Shown: positions 1 through 11,420 of the stretch, piece by piece
Position numbering within the stretch: position 1 is the first letter of the stretch
How the letters are laid out: each line of letters opens with the position of its first letter
Origin: Tubiluchus corallicola
Lineage: Eukaryota; Animalia; Priapulida
Reading direction: 5' to 3'
DNA: 64,000 nt
NCBI GenBank assembly: GCA_030141605.1
Contig: JAQGDQ010000172.1
Span: forward strand, 248,001 to 312,000
Program-made: the position numbers and the translations under genes
The notes under the pieces: generated by a model
The model's database searches: none
What the model was told of the DNA's origin: nothing
The model's input: only the letters and a program-made list of their open reading frames with translations

Positions 1-699
1 GTTTTATTTTTTTCTGGCTATTATTTTTTATCATTTTCCAAAACGTCACGCGCCCAATGCAACGCCAGTCATAGAAAAGCGCGATTCATTTTAGAAATCT
101 GTTCTCTTTATTCGGGGAATTTGCTCTTCGGCATTTTTACCACGTAACTCCTTCAGTGTGAAAATAAGTTCTGACACCTAAATTGAAAACTGGGGGGTAT
201 CATTTAAAAACATATTGCTTATAATATCTTTTCTTATTATTGTAAAAAAATCTTAAAGGTCCGCCATAACAGTTTTCAAACAACCAATAACCAATATTAT
301 ATTCTTATTATTCATTAGTAAATCAGAGATTTTTAATACTGTTCTGTAAACCAGTGCTGTCAATGCCCTCTGTTCAGAATATGTCTAACAATAATCCTGA
401 ATTAAAAAACAATTGTGGTTTTTACCGTCTCCTTCAATTTATGCGACGAATTTTGGTAAACTTTAAAACTTAGCTTAAAAAACATATTTAAAAAAATCAA
501 TTTTTGATATCAGATTTCAAAAAATTGAAAGTAGGGTTACTAATTCTACAAATGAAACTGATTGTTGTGCTTTTGATATAAGAAAAAGTTGTACTTTTTT
601 TCAAACACCACCAGTTATTGAGTCAGCGTTCATTGAAAAAAGTATGTTAACTTAAAATGATTTGTTTCCCTTTATAAGATTTTATTTTTTATACATCAC

Positions 700-1450
700 T
701 TTATTAGTCAAGTTTTTTTAGTCTTCGCATTTACCTAAACAAACAATTTCGAGCTTATCTTCTGGTGTACAGCACAAATAATTCTTTGTTGCCGTATCTT
801 TTGCTAACACACCACAAGCACTTTCGTTTTTTGTGTTTTTCAGCTTAACCGACTGCAAACGGTTTTTCAAATTTATAAATCACCTATTAGACAGCCAGTA
901 CATTTAACAAATAGAATAGTAGTATTTTATTCAGGCGTTTCTACTACAAGTGCTATTACAACACTTCGTATTTTACTATTTTGCACTCACACTGACACCC
1001 GACGTAGTTGTAGAGTTGGTAGAGAGTTTTGTCGCATCTTCCTAACTGTCCGCATACTAAAACAAAAAGCAGGGAAAAAGCTATAATGAATCACCAAATT
1101 TGGCAAGGGATGGCAAGGGCTTTGGCGAGACCTGACAACACACTGCTTTTTTATTCAAAAGGTCGAATTCACAAGGCCAGTCAAAATAAATTTTTGTCTA
1201 TAGCGACTTCATGCAAGGGGTTGGGTCTGCATCTCTATTGAAAGCCCTCTACTTGCCGTTACAAATTGCGCATTGTTGCGACTAACTTTTTGCGTACTTC
1301 GCCTATTAAAAAATAGTGTGGTATTTGGTGCATTCAATACAATTCAAGTATCTATCTTGCGCTATTTTGAAAAGCGATCATTGACTTCTACTGAACAGAG
1401 TGATTACCCCAAATCCTAAATATCCGAATGGGAATGTACATGGATCTAAA
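700..1450 (-). mobile_element. Highly degraded piggyBac-like transposase remnant
   Basis: Frameshifted fragments resembling piggyBac motifs (EVAIDKNL, KP..AKFG, a Cys-rich KCLWCVSKR..YLCC..VCLGKC tail); many stops; boundaries approximate. Confidence 0.4.
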
Positions 1451-2932
1451 TTATTTGAGATGTTTAAGCCTTCTGGCTTTTAGTACTCAAGCTATAGACT
1501 AATTGCAGACATGCGCGCAGGCTGGCAGCTAGACAGACAGGCAAATAGACAGACAGACAACATAAACCAATGAAGTGAAGTGCAGTGTGGTGTAGTGTGA
1601 CATGTTGTGATGCAACATGGCGCGGTGCGAGTGGGCAAGAACAGACAACAATTGTTTTTCAACTTTGTACTCATATTGCTGAAGCTTAGCAAATATACCA
1701 GTTTGCAACGTGCTGCCCTCCATACTTGTTTGTTCCCCATGTGCATTACAGCGAGCCGAGGCGGAAAAAATGTAGGTAATTAATCATATGAACCGCATAA
1801 AAGCAATACTAAATTCGAAAATCTGAAAATACAAAAAACCTCCATTGGGGCTATCCAGGCAAATATGTTAACCACTACCCCTCAGAGGCTGCACCATTAT
1901 TTTGCCGTGCAAAAATAAAAGAGTAGAAACTACAATTTTATCAAAATTGAGATTTTGATGCATTTTTACTAAACAGATGACGCGCTTTCTTGGTATTGTA
2001 ATGAAATTTCATTTTAAGCCGTAATTTTTGCGCAATAAGAAACGTCCTATGGCAGGTTTTGCAAAAATGTACCCCATTCAGGCCCTATTTCAACGGGGGG
2101 GGGGGAAGTGGGGATACTTCCCCGGGGCCTCACCCTACAGGGGGGCCTCGCGCTGAGGTAACTTTTTTTTGCTTTATGTTTGGCTGTTTACAAGTTGGAC
2201 TGGTACACAAAATACTAAAAGGTGCCGACTTATTGGTTTTAAATTTAGCGTAACGCCTATTCAAAAATTAGCATTATCATATCAGTTGGTGCAAAAAAGT
2301 GAATGTGCCAACGATATGAAAATAACGAAATCCCTTTATAATTACCACACTTTGGAAACTTTGTGTATAAATGACAAAAATCTTAGGTAATTTCATTAAA
2401 TTTTCCCAAAGATACATTACCTTTAAGACAATAAGTCACAAAAGTAAATGCTGGAAAAATTTCGTATGTCACTATTGTTAAAATTTACATTAAGCGTTTT
2501 ATGTGCCCACCATTCTCAATACAAACTATACAGACGAAAACGTTTCTTCCAGTAGCAGACACAGTTTTTTACTACTTTAAAAGGGATATTTGGTGTCTCG
2601 TCGCACAACAATTTTTGGTTTAGTTCTATTACATCAAACAGTTCTGCACGGCCGTCGTGCACTTTCTCTTTGCACAATTTCTCGTAGTGACTTATTTGTG
2701 CCAGCCACGTTTTTCTGCTAAAAATGTTCTCTTCTAATTCCTGATTTGCGAGTGTGCATTCTATTCTTGGTTGGCTACTTCCAGTTCCAGGTTGCTTACT
2801 AGTATCTCCACTAGGGCCACTACTTCGTATCTTTTTACTATCTTATTCACAGAAGCATTGTTCCACTCTTTCTCGTGGTGCTCTTTGCAACTCACATGCC
2901 TTCGCATTTTTCTTTGACAGCGAATTAGTGCT

Positions 2933-4091
2933 TGTAACATTCGGGTCACGAAATTCCTTGCTAGCCCAACTGAGGCTCGAACTTGGGTCGGGCAACTTAA
3001 GTCAAGATAGATTGCTGAACGGGTTGGTGACTCCAAATGTTAAAGAGCAGCAATATTTGTTTAAATTCTAAGGCAGTTACAAGCGCAGGAGGGGTCGGTC
3101 CGTCCTAAAGTACAGAGAATGGGCCAATGGTGATACAGTGTGAACGGGAACAGTGAACACAACAAAGTATAAATAAACAAACTGTTTGTCTTAGGTTTAA
3201 CATTTTAATTGGCATAATTAATTCAAAACAATAAACAAAAAGAACTCACAACTTGCACAAGAGCAGCGGGGTACCCCTCATTTAATAACAGTCTTCTAGC
3301 GTTTCACGTAACGGGACGTCTCCCGTAAAGTTCCGGGTTTCACACACTTAGGTGGCTGGAATCACTTTGCTAACAGTCTTGTCGACAACGGCGACCGCTT
3401 CAATGTCCCACACGCTTGACTGGCTTAATGAGATTAGCGGACGATGACAGACTACCAGGATTTTTCTGACGACGTCTCCTCCTAATGAGTCAGGTACCAG
3501 GCTTTCAGAATATATTAGAAGTCTACTTTTTGTGTCGTCTTGGTTGGAAACTCCACCATCACGGAAGCATACCCATCACAGGAAAATGTCATTTGCCAAA
3601 TACTAGACGTATGGCTCACGTTCTGTCTACTCAAGATAAATGAATGGTAGTGTGAACAATTCAATCCACGTAGCTATTGCGAGTCACGAAGTTGATTATA
3701 AAAGTATCAGAAGCGATGTCTTGTCGGCCAATGCCCCGACAAAGACAAAATCAATTGGCCTTTTAGCTGAGTCGGCCATTAAAAAACTATCCGTAGCCTC
3801 GTGGAATAATCTGCACCTCTCAAGTCATACCTGTCGTGACCCAGTTAATCATCCAATCACAGCGGTACTATAGGTATGAGATCATGAAGCCAGAATTTAG
3901 TCCAAAAAGTTGAACCGTAACGTTTCTTTGTTGAACTCCCAATAGGTGGAGCCACCAGTTTATAACATTTACCAAATTCGGTTAATTAGTTATTAATGAC
4001 AGGTTCAATACAATACATTTCAAATGCCACGTAAACGTGTTATTACAGTTAAATGGCTATTCGTTTTAATCTGCTAAACACGACCGTGACA
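2933..4091 (-). repeat. 3' LTR (1159 bp)
   Basis: Begins TGTAACAT and ends CGTGACA; matches 10254-11420 except for 8 substitutions and one 8-bp indel (by-eye alignment). Confidence 0.97.
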
Positions 4092-4094
4092 GAG

Positions 4095-4102
4095 CTCCCC
4101 CC
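4095..4102 (-). promoter_or_regulatory. Polypurine tract
   Basis: Minus strand GGGGGGAG, 3 nt before the TG of the 3' LTR. Confidence 0.75.
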
Positions 4103-4626
4103 AAAGAATATATCATATATACTTCTTTAACAACAGACATGATTATAACAAAGTCATTTAAATGTGCAAGTAATAACACATAATAACACAAAATCATATT
4201 TATGCCAAACCAATACAAAATTGACTGAGTCAGTAATTAATCATTCAATTAACATTCAGAACAACAAGGATATAAAGGAACATATCAAACTTTAACTTTG
4301 GGTATAACTGAAATTGGGTTGACTTTTCCTTTAAACTAAACACATTACCCAAGTCTACTTCGTATTAAACGGAAATGAAATATGGCTGATGTATGATCAT
4401 TGACGAACTGCATTAATATTAGTAAAAATGCTATTTTCCCATAGATAATAATAGCTTCCCTGCTAACGAATAAGCAGAGTCATTAAATAAACGATAAAAA
4501 TTCTCCTGAAAAAACAAGGGTTTATCCAACCATTGGTGAAAATTAACCCACTGACATGAGATAAATGATTTAAATTCTTTTTTTTAAATCAACAAAGAAA
4601 AGGGTATTCATAACGCAAATGCATGT

Positions 4627-7600
4627 TTATGGACGGCTTAATGCATCTGCCACCAAATTTTGTGAACCTGCCACATGATCAACTGTGAATGCAAATTCAC
4701 TCAAAAGTAGGGCCCAATGACAAAGACGACGGTTATTGCGCCGCATTTTGTCAAGTGCCAAAAGGCTTCTTTGGTCTGTGCGCAGGGTGAAATTCTGCCC
4801 CTCTAAGTAATAACGTAATTTTTGAACGCAGTAAACCACACTCAGCAGTTCAACTTCAACAACAGAATATCTAGTTTCTGTGGTGGTTAACTTTCGGCTA
4901 ACGAAAGTTATCGGCACTTCACCCAAACCATCCTCTCTATCCTGAGACAACACGCCACCTATACCAACAAAGCTGGCATCAGAGGTGAGAATGAAGGGTT
5001 TGAAAAAGTCGGGTGAGTGTAGTACAGACTTAGAGGTCATGGCATTTCGGAGCTGGAAGAAACTTTTCTCACAAGCATCTGACCATTGGACCTGACTAGA
5101 AGCGTGCTTTTCAGTCAAAGCAAACAGGGGAGCAGCAATAGTACTAAACTGTGCGATGAACCGACGGTAGAAACCTACCATTCCAAGGAATCGTCTCACT
5201 TGGGATTTAGTTTGAGGACGAGCACAGTTATGGATCTGTTCTAGCTTTTGGGGCCGTGGCCGTAAACGGTTCTTGCCAATTACGTAGCCTAAAAAGTTGG
5301 CCTCTTGCAGAGCAAAGTGACATTTGCGGGGTTTGGCTGTTAAGCCTGCTTTGCGAATGCATGTCAATGTGTCTTCCACGTGTCTCAGATGGTCTGCCCA
5401 ATTTGATGACTTAATTAGTACATCGTCAATGTATCCACGTGAAGAGTTGGAGACAGTTTCTAAGATGCGATCCATCAATGACTGAGCTGAACTAGCAGCA
5501 TTCATTAGCCCAAATGGCATCACAAGGAACAGCGATGTTACAAATGCTGTCAATGGGATCGACTCTGGCGTAAGTTCTATCTGCCAGTATGCCTTGGCTA
5601 GATCGATAGTCGAGATCCATACTGCATTGTGGAGGTCATCCACTATGTCATCAGGTCTGGGCATGACGTACGGACAAAAGATGGTACGTGCATTCAACTG
5701 TCGATAATCGACGCAAGGTCTCCATTCATCATGAGGCTTTGGCACAAGAAGCATAGGGGATGCATATTCAGATTCTGAGCGTCTTATAACCCCGAGGTTC
5801 AACATTTGTTGCAGCTCCTGTCGTACTACTTCATTGCGTGCCTGGGGAATTCGATATGGATGTTGACGGACTGGTGTTTTGTCAAACAAGTTGATGTGGT
5901 GTCTAACTACCATGGTCCTCCCTGGCAAGTCGGTAAACATTTCGGGAAATTTGTGGAAGACTGTGCGAAGTTGGGTATTAGCTAGACTGGAGAGGTTTGA
6001 AGACAGCTCTAAATCATCTACAGATTGTGTAGCTTTAGCTGTCGGCAGAAAAGCATACTCAGGGAGCCCAGAAGATTGTACAACACCTTGGCCAATCGCT
6101 GGTTCAGACTGCAATTCTTCTACTTCCTCTTCATTTCCAGCCCAGAACACTTCACCCTCAGTAATACTGACATCATCGGTGTAGTCTCTTTCTAGATCAG
6201 GAACTTCACTACTAGTACACATTGCCCACAATACCAAGTTTTCCTGACGGTCAATGTAGTGCTTCAGTTTATTCACATGATAAACTCGGACATCGCGCCG
6301 CTTGCCTTTTGATCCTATGCATACTTTGTAGTTCCAGTCTGACAGTTTATCCACTACTGGAAAGGGACCACGCCAACCTGGGCTCATCTTTTTGCCCTTA
6401 CGCATATTGTGGATCAAAACACGGTCACCAATTTCAAAGCCTCGCTCCTTGGAAATCCTGTCATACCAGCGTTTTTGGGCTAGCTTAGCCTCCCTCAAAG
6501 ACTGGTGGGCATCCTCTGTAGCTGTTTCTATCGTATTGATAACTCGGGCTACATATTCATCGATGTCCTCTAAATTGGGGGGCTTGGAGCATCCCCAGCA
6601 TTCTTTGAGCATAGCCAAAGGACCACGTATAGGATATCCAAAGACAAGTTCATTGGGTGAGTAATTGGTCGATTCCTGGGGCACTTCCCTGTAAGCAAAC
6701 AGGACGAAATCTACAGCTTGGTCCCAGGGTAAAGAAGGATTGTCTTGTTGTAGGCGAAGAATGGAAGCTTTCAAAGTGGCATTATATCTCTCGACAAGAC
6801 CACAAGTGGAATGAGAGTAGGGACTGGCAAAGATACCCTTTACTCCTAATTGGCGCTCTAACTCTTGAGTAAGCTCGGAAGTGAATTGTGTACCACAATC
6901 CGTAATTATCTGTCGAGGGATTCCATACCTGCAACAGAACTTAAGGAGAGCATCCAGTACAGTGATTGTTTCTATGTTAGGAAGTGGATAACAATCAGGG
7001 TAGCGGGTTGAGTGATCAACCAGTACCAATGCATATCGGTTTCCACTAGGAGTACGATCCAGGGGGCCAATGATATCCATTCCAATAGTGCGGAACGCAG
7101 TGTCGGCTATGGTCAGTGGTTTTAGAGGTGCCCCGTCTGCCTGACGTACTCTAGCTGTACGCTGACAGGTATCGCAAGAGCGACAATAGTTACGAACGCT
7201 TCGTTTTAAGTGTGGCCAGATAAATTCTTGGAGTATACGTTGCGTAGTTTTGTTTATGCCAAGGTGCCCAGCAAGTCGACTGCCATGTGCTAAAGCAAGC
7301 ACTGTCTTACGTCTAGGTTTGGGCAGTACGAGAAGTTCACGGGGAGATTGTCCTTTCCTTTCCCGGCATAAATAAAACAAAATGCCATCACGCAAGAAAT
7401 ATCCGCTTCCTTTTTTATAGGCTGCTTCGGGAGTTCCTGCATTATCAATGAGGTTACGAATGGACACATCTTCTTCTTGTTCTTGCCCCAACTCCTTTGC
7501 ACTAGCTTTGAGCAGTTGATCGTGCACTTTTGTGGATTGGTGCAGATCCGTTTGTCCACTCTCCGCCCTATTCAACGCGTATTGATGCTGTTGCGAGTCG

Positions 7601-9537
7601 CGCCTAGCATCAGCCTCTTGCCTTGCAGCTTGTGAGCGGGTTACAACATAAGCTGACTCTGTCATTTGCACTCTTGCTTCGGCGTTGTCCCTGACTTCTG
7701 TAGGATATGTGTTAGTATTACTAGGCACATGTCCTTCAGTATTGGCCCGACGTGGCTTGGGAAAGGGCTTTAAAGCAGAAAGGTAGTTATTACCGAGTAG
7801 AAAATCTGTAGGTAACTTTGAGCTTACACTCACCGTAAGGATGCCGGAAAAACCAGGACCCTCAATTTCAATCTTTGCAGGAAAGCAAGTGCTTTGATCA
7901 CCGCAAATACAAGTGAGTTGCTGAGGTGATTTATCTAAATATTGGTCAGGCCGCACAAACCTCGAATTCACCATAGAAACAGAGGCGCCTGTATCGCGGA
8001 CGCAATCGGCATGCAACCCATTAATGAGAGCCTTGAAGCAAACAGGTTCTGTCTGTCCTCGGATATGCCGCCATTGATTGTTAGCTAAGTCATCACTGTC
8101 AACCTCTCCGAATAATTGTTTTCCAGCCGAAGTAGATCCAGCAGCTTTGAGACTTGCCTCCGTATTAAGGTTGGCACGACATTCATTCCGTTTGTGCCCG
8201 GTCCTGCCACAACGATAACACTGTATCCGTGTGCTCTTCATTGTATTGCCACCTCCACCACTAACTCCACCTTTATTTTCTTTGGAGCGCTGACTGGATT
8301 GGGTAGATCTATTGTAACGACGCGAAACCAGAGTACTCCTTTCATGTGGTGTTACTAAATTTGCAGCCACGTATCGATCTGCGCGTTCCGTAAGTTCTTC
8401 TAATTTCAGAAGAGTTTTCCTCCTGAGCCATGCCGCCAAGTCATTTGGCATCAAGGAAAGTACCTGTTCAATTGCGTCAATTTGACACACTCCCTCATAG
8501 GTAGAAACACCGAGAGCTTTGTGATAATCTCGCAGGCTACTATCCAGCCTGCGACCGAGTTGAGTGTAGCTTTCATTTTTCAGTTTGCTAATACTTCGGA
8601 ATCTTTCCAAGTACATATCAGGACTGAGAATGTAAGCACCAAGCAATGCCTTACGTAATGCATCATAATTTCGCAAACTGTCTGCTGGCAATTGCTGAAA
8701 CGCATCAGCAGCCCTGCCAGTCAATGCTGGCCCCAGGCAGGCTGCCCAAAATGTCTTAGGAATATCATTGGCAACCGCACAAAACTCGAACCAATCCAAG
8801 TACTTCTGAATATCATCCTTAGATTCTTCATATGTCCGGACTTTAAAATGCCTGATTTTGTCAGCAGCAGAATCTAAAGTTGAAGTATTGGGGTTAGAGA
8901 AGGAGATATTTTGTGCGGGGGATGACCTAAGTTCTTGACGTCTCAATTCAACTTGAGCCATCTGTTGTTCATGTTCCATTTTCTTTATGGACACTTCAGC
9001 TTCAAGTTCCAATCGCCTAATTTCAAGTAAGGCTTGGGTTGTCTTCTCAACAGTAGTAGAAAGCGTTTCTAAATTAATTGACGCAGTTTTACGACGCCTA
9101 GGAGTAGGCAAAGGTACCCTATTTACATGCGTTGGCATCGAGACCGGATCTAGCAGGGGCTTTTCGGCAGCAATGGTTCGCACCCCTGTTGTAGCGAAGT
9201 GAAGCGGCTTGCGCTTGACACTAGTATCCTCTCGTTCACTTAAAGCGGCTGTAGCCGGTAGGGGCAGCTCCATGTCATTATCCGAGAGAGAACCCTCCTC
9301 TGACATGCGATCCAGTTGATCCAGTGGATCTTTCATCTCACCGCCTTCTGGATTTTCCAAGTCCGCCCTAGTTTCCGCTCCCTCTTCGGGAAGCCCTGCT
9401 GCTTTAAAAATTGTAGTAATCAACTTCGCTCTCGTAGTTCGTGGGTCAACCAGGAACAAATGCTCTGCAACGATATATTGCAACTGTTTTTTGCTAAGGG
9501 AAACTAATTGTGACAGTTTATATCGTTTCTCAGACAT
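4627..9537 (-). CDS. Gag-Pol polyprotein (SCAN-like capsid, CCHC knuckle, protease, integrase, RT, RNase H)
   Basis: First ATG at 9537 (MSEKR). Capsid YLDWFE...LTGRA...Y..L..ALL; knuckle CYRCGRTGHKRNEC; protease RDTGA; integrase HGSRLAGH..CDTC, MDIIGP, TDCGTQF, GLVERYN and GPF; RT WRPCVDYR, IDLAKAYWQI, YIDD; RNase H SDAS..ADALSR. Confidence 0.95.
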   Translation of the reverse strand: MSEKRYKLSQLVSLSKKQLQYIVAEHLFLVDPRTTRAKLITTIFKAAGLPEEGAETRADLENPEGGEMKDPLDQLDRMSEEGSLSDNDMELPLPATAALSEREDTSVKRKPLHFATTGVRTIAAEKPLLDPVSMPTHVNRVPLPTPRRRKTASINLETLSTTVEKTTQALLEIRRLELEAEVSIKKMEHEQQMAQVELRRQELRSSPAQNISFSNPNTSTLDSAADKIRHFKVRTYEESKDDIQKYLDWFEFCAVANDIPKTFWAACLGPALTGRAADAFQQLPADSLRNYDALRKALLGAYILSPDMYLERFRSISKLKNESYTQLGRRLDSSLRDYHKALGVSTYEGVCQIDAIEQVLSLMPNDLAAWLRRKTLLKLEELTERADRYVAANLVTPHERSTLVSRRYNRSTQSSQRSKENKGGVSGGGGNTMKSTRIQCYRCGRTGHKRNECRANLNTEASLKAAGSTSAGKQLFGEVDSDDLANNQWRHIRGQTEPVCFKALINGLHADCVRDTGASVSMVNSRFVRPDQYLDKSPQQLTCICGDQSTCFPAKIEIEGPGFSGILTVSVSSKLPTDFLLGNNYLSALKPFPKPRRANTEGHVPSNTNTYPTEVRDNAEARVQMTESAYVVTRSQAARQEADARRDSQQHQYALNRAESGQTDLHQSTKVHDQLLKASAKELGQEQEEDVSIRNLIDNAGTPEAAYKKGSGYFLRDGILFYLCRERKGQSPRELLVLPKPRRKTVLALAHGSRLAGHLGINKTTQRILQEFIWPHLKRSVRNYCRSCDTCQRTARVRQADGAPLKPLTIADTAFRTIGMDIIGPLDRTPSGNRYALVLVDHSTRYPDCYPLPNIETITVLDALLKFCCRYGIPRQIITDCGTQFTSELTQELERQLGVKGIFASPYSHSTCGLVERYNATLKASILRLQQDNPSLPWDQAVDFVLFAYREVPQESTNYSPNELVFGYPIRGPLAMLKECWGCSKPPNLEDIDEYVARVINTIETATEDAHQSLREAKLAQKRWYDRISKERGFEIGDRVLIHNMRKGKKMSPGWRGPFPVVDKLSDWNYKVCIGSKGKRRDVRVYHVNKLKHYIDRQENLVLWAMCTSSEVPDLERDYTDDVSITEGEVFWAGNEEEVEELQSEPAIGQGVVQSSGLPEYAFLPTAKATQSVDDLELSSNLSSLANTQLRTVFHKFPEMFTDLPGRTMVVRHHINLFDKTPVRQHPYRIPQARNEVVRQELQQMLNLGVIRRSESEYASPMLLVPKPHDEWRPCVDYRQLNARTIFCPYVMPRPDDIVDDLHNAVWISTIDLAKAYWQIELTPESIPLTAFVTSLFLVMPFGLMNAASSAQSLMDRILETVSNSSRGYIDDVLIKSSNWADHLRHVEDTLTCIRKAGLTAKPRKCHFALQEANFLGYVIGKNRLRPRPQKLEQIHNCARPQTKSQVRRFLGMVGFYRRFIAQFSTIAAPLFALTEKHASSQVQWSDACEKSFFQLRNAMTSKSVLHSPDFFKPFILTSDASFVGIGGVLSQDREDGLGEVPITFVSRKLTTTETRYSVVEVELLSVVYCVQKLRYYLEGQNFTLRTDQRSLLALDKMRRNNRRLCHWALLLSEFAFTVDHVAGSQNLVADALSRP

Positions 9538-10242
9538 TATTGAAACAATTATTAAATTCAAGCCTGAAAGCGAAAATGTAATTAGCTACGGATTATAGTT
9601 TGATAGTTTGATATAATTTTCCACTTCTCACGCCTCCACACACTCTTGCACTCAAACACAAAGAGAAACGTTTTTTAATTCTATTTCTTGTTAACGAGCT
9701 TCAACCCGTACAATTAAACTGGAGTTTTTGAGCGTAGGCCTTTAGTATCAAATGTATTGGCCAGAATTTTGTATGCGCAAAGTATATTTAAAAAGCTATA
9801 AACGCTTAGAACAAGCAACAGAGAAGCCAGGTAAACATGCAGCATGTATACTTCCTGCCAACGAAGCTTTTTCCATATTTAGTTTGCGAATAAACTGGAC
9901 TTATGCCAAACTTTCAATAACGTCCTATGTAAACCTGACTAGACACCAGAATACAGTTAGGAAACAATATTTAGGTTAAACTGCAAAATATTGAATAAAT
10001 TGGTGTACCTACAAAGTTTAAATAGAGAAACTGTTGTAACTACTATTTTCTGCCCGGTTTTTCACTTTTCGTTTAAGTAAAGCTGAATCGTTTATCACAC
10101 GGACAAAAATATTTCCTACTAGTAGTTAATGAAAGAAATTAACATTTCCGTGGCATTTGTTTAGCTCACACTGTATAACCAAGACTTGTACAAAACGGAT
10201 GAAGATATCAACTCAAGTTGATATTAGACACGACAAAAAACG

Positions 10243-10252
10243 TCTGACACCA
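10243..10252 (-). promoter_or_regulatory. Primer-binding site (probably tRNA-Leu)
   Basis: Minus strand reads TGGTGTCAGA 1 nt after the 5' LTR; complementary to the ...UCUGACACCA 3' end of tRNA-Leu(CAA/CAG). Confidence 0.85.
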
Positions 10253-10253
10253 G

Positions 10254-11420
10254 TGTAACATTCGGGTCACGAAATTCCTTGCTAGCCCAACTGAGGCTCG
10301 AACTTGGGTCGGGCAACTTAAGTCAAGATAGATTGCTGAACGGGTTGGTGACTCCAAATGTTAAAGAGCAGCAATATTTGTTTAAATTCTAAGGCAGTTA
10401 CAAGCGCAGGAGGGGTCGGTCCGTCCTAAAGTACAGAGAATGGGCCAATGGTGATACAGTGTGAACGGGAACAGTGAACACAACAAAGTATAAATAAACA
10501 AACTGTTTGTCTTAGGTTTAACATTTTAATTGGCATAATTAATTAATTAATTCAAAACAATAAACAAAAAGAACTCACAACTTGCACAAGAGCAGCGGGG
10601 TACCCCTCATTTAGTAACAGTCTTCTAGCGTTTCGCGTAACGGGACGTCTCCCGTAAAGTTCCGGGTTTCACACACTTAGGTGGCTGGAATCACTTTGCT
10701 AACAGTCTTGTCGACAACGGCGACCGCTTCAATGTCCCACACGCTTGACTGGCTTAATGAGATTAGCGGACGATGACAGACTACCAGGATTTTTCTGACG
10801 ACGTCTCCTCCTAATGAGTCAGGTACCAGGCTTTCAGAATATATTAGAAGTCTACTTTTTGTGTCGTCTTGGTTGGAAACTCCACCATCATGGAAGCATA
10901 CCCATCACAGGAAAATGTCATTTGCCAAATACTAGACGTATGGCTCACGTTCTGTCTACTCAAGATAAATGAATGGTAGTGTGAACAATTCAATCCACGT
11001 AGCTATTGCGAGTCACGAAGTTGATTATAAAAGTATCAGAAGCGATGTCTTGTCGGCCAACGCCCCGACAAAGACAAAATCAATTGGCCTTTTAGCTGAG
11101 TCGGCCATTAAAAAACTATCCGTAACCTCGTGGAATAATCTGCACCTCTCAAGTCATACCTGTCGTGACCCAGTTAATCATCCAATCACAGCGGTACTAT
11201 AGGTATGAGATCACGAAGCCAGAATTTAGTCCAAAAAGTTGAACCGTAACATTTCTTTGTTGAACTCCCAATAGGTGGAGCCACCAGTTTATAACGTTTA
11301 CCAAATTCGGTTAATTAGTTATTAATGACAGGTTCAATACAATACATTTCAAATGCCACGTAAACGTGTTATTACAGTTAAATGGCTATTCGTTTTAATC
11401 TGCTAAACACGACCGTGACA
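10254..11420 (-). repeat. 5' LTR (1167 bp)
   Basis: Near-identical to 2933-4091, with an extra AATTAATT near 10541-10550; followed on the minus strand by the PBS. Confidence 0.97.

Larger units (their letters stand above)
2933..11420 (-). mobile_element. Full-length Gmr1-like Ty3/gypsy LTR retrotransposon
   Basis: Direct LTRs at 2933-4091 and 10254-11420, both TG...CA; 5-bp TSD GTGCT at 2928-2932 and 11421-11425; PBS next to the right LTR and PPT next to the left LTR; single Gag-Pol ORF with integrase upstream of RT. Confidence 0.97.

Noticed and set aside
2095-2150. G-rich tract / possible G-quadruplex or MITE end
   Set aside because: No matching second terminus found and no evidence of function.
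3311-3326. LTR hairpin ACGGGA-CGTC-TCCCGT with palindromic GACGTC (kissing-loop-like)
   Set aside because: A 6-bp stem is expected by chance, and it is unknown whether it lies in the transcribed R region.
3640-3873. 77-aa ORF repeated at 10969-11202
   Set aside because: Duplicated only because it lies in the LTR; antisense to the element and without recognisable motifs.
4103-4626. Possible env or extra ORF after pol
   Set aside because: Short AT-rich 3'UTR with no substantial ORF.
5879-9507. Plus-strand ORFs inside the retrotransposon, and antisense ORFs inside the RTE and deiminase genes
   Set aside because: Shadow ORFs of long coding frames on the opposite strand or in other frames.
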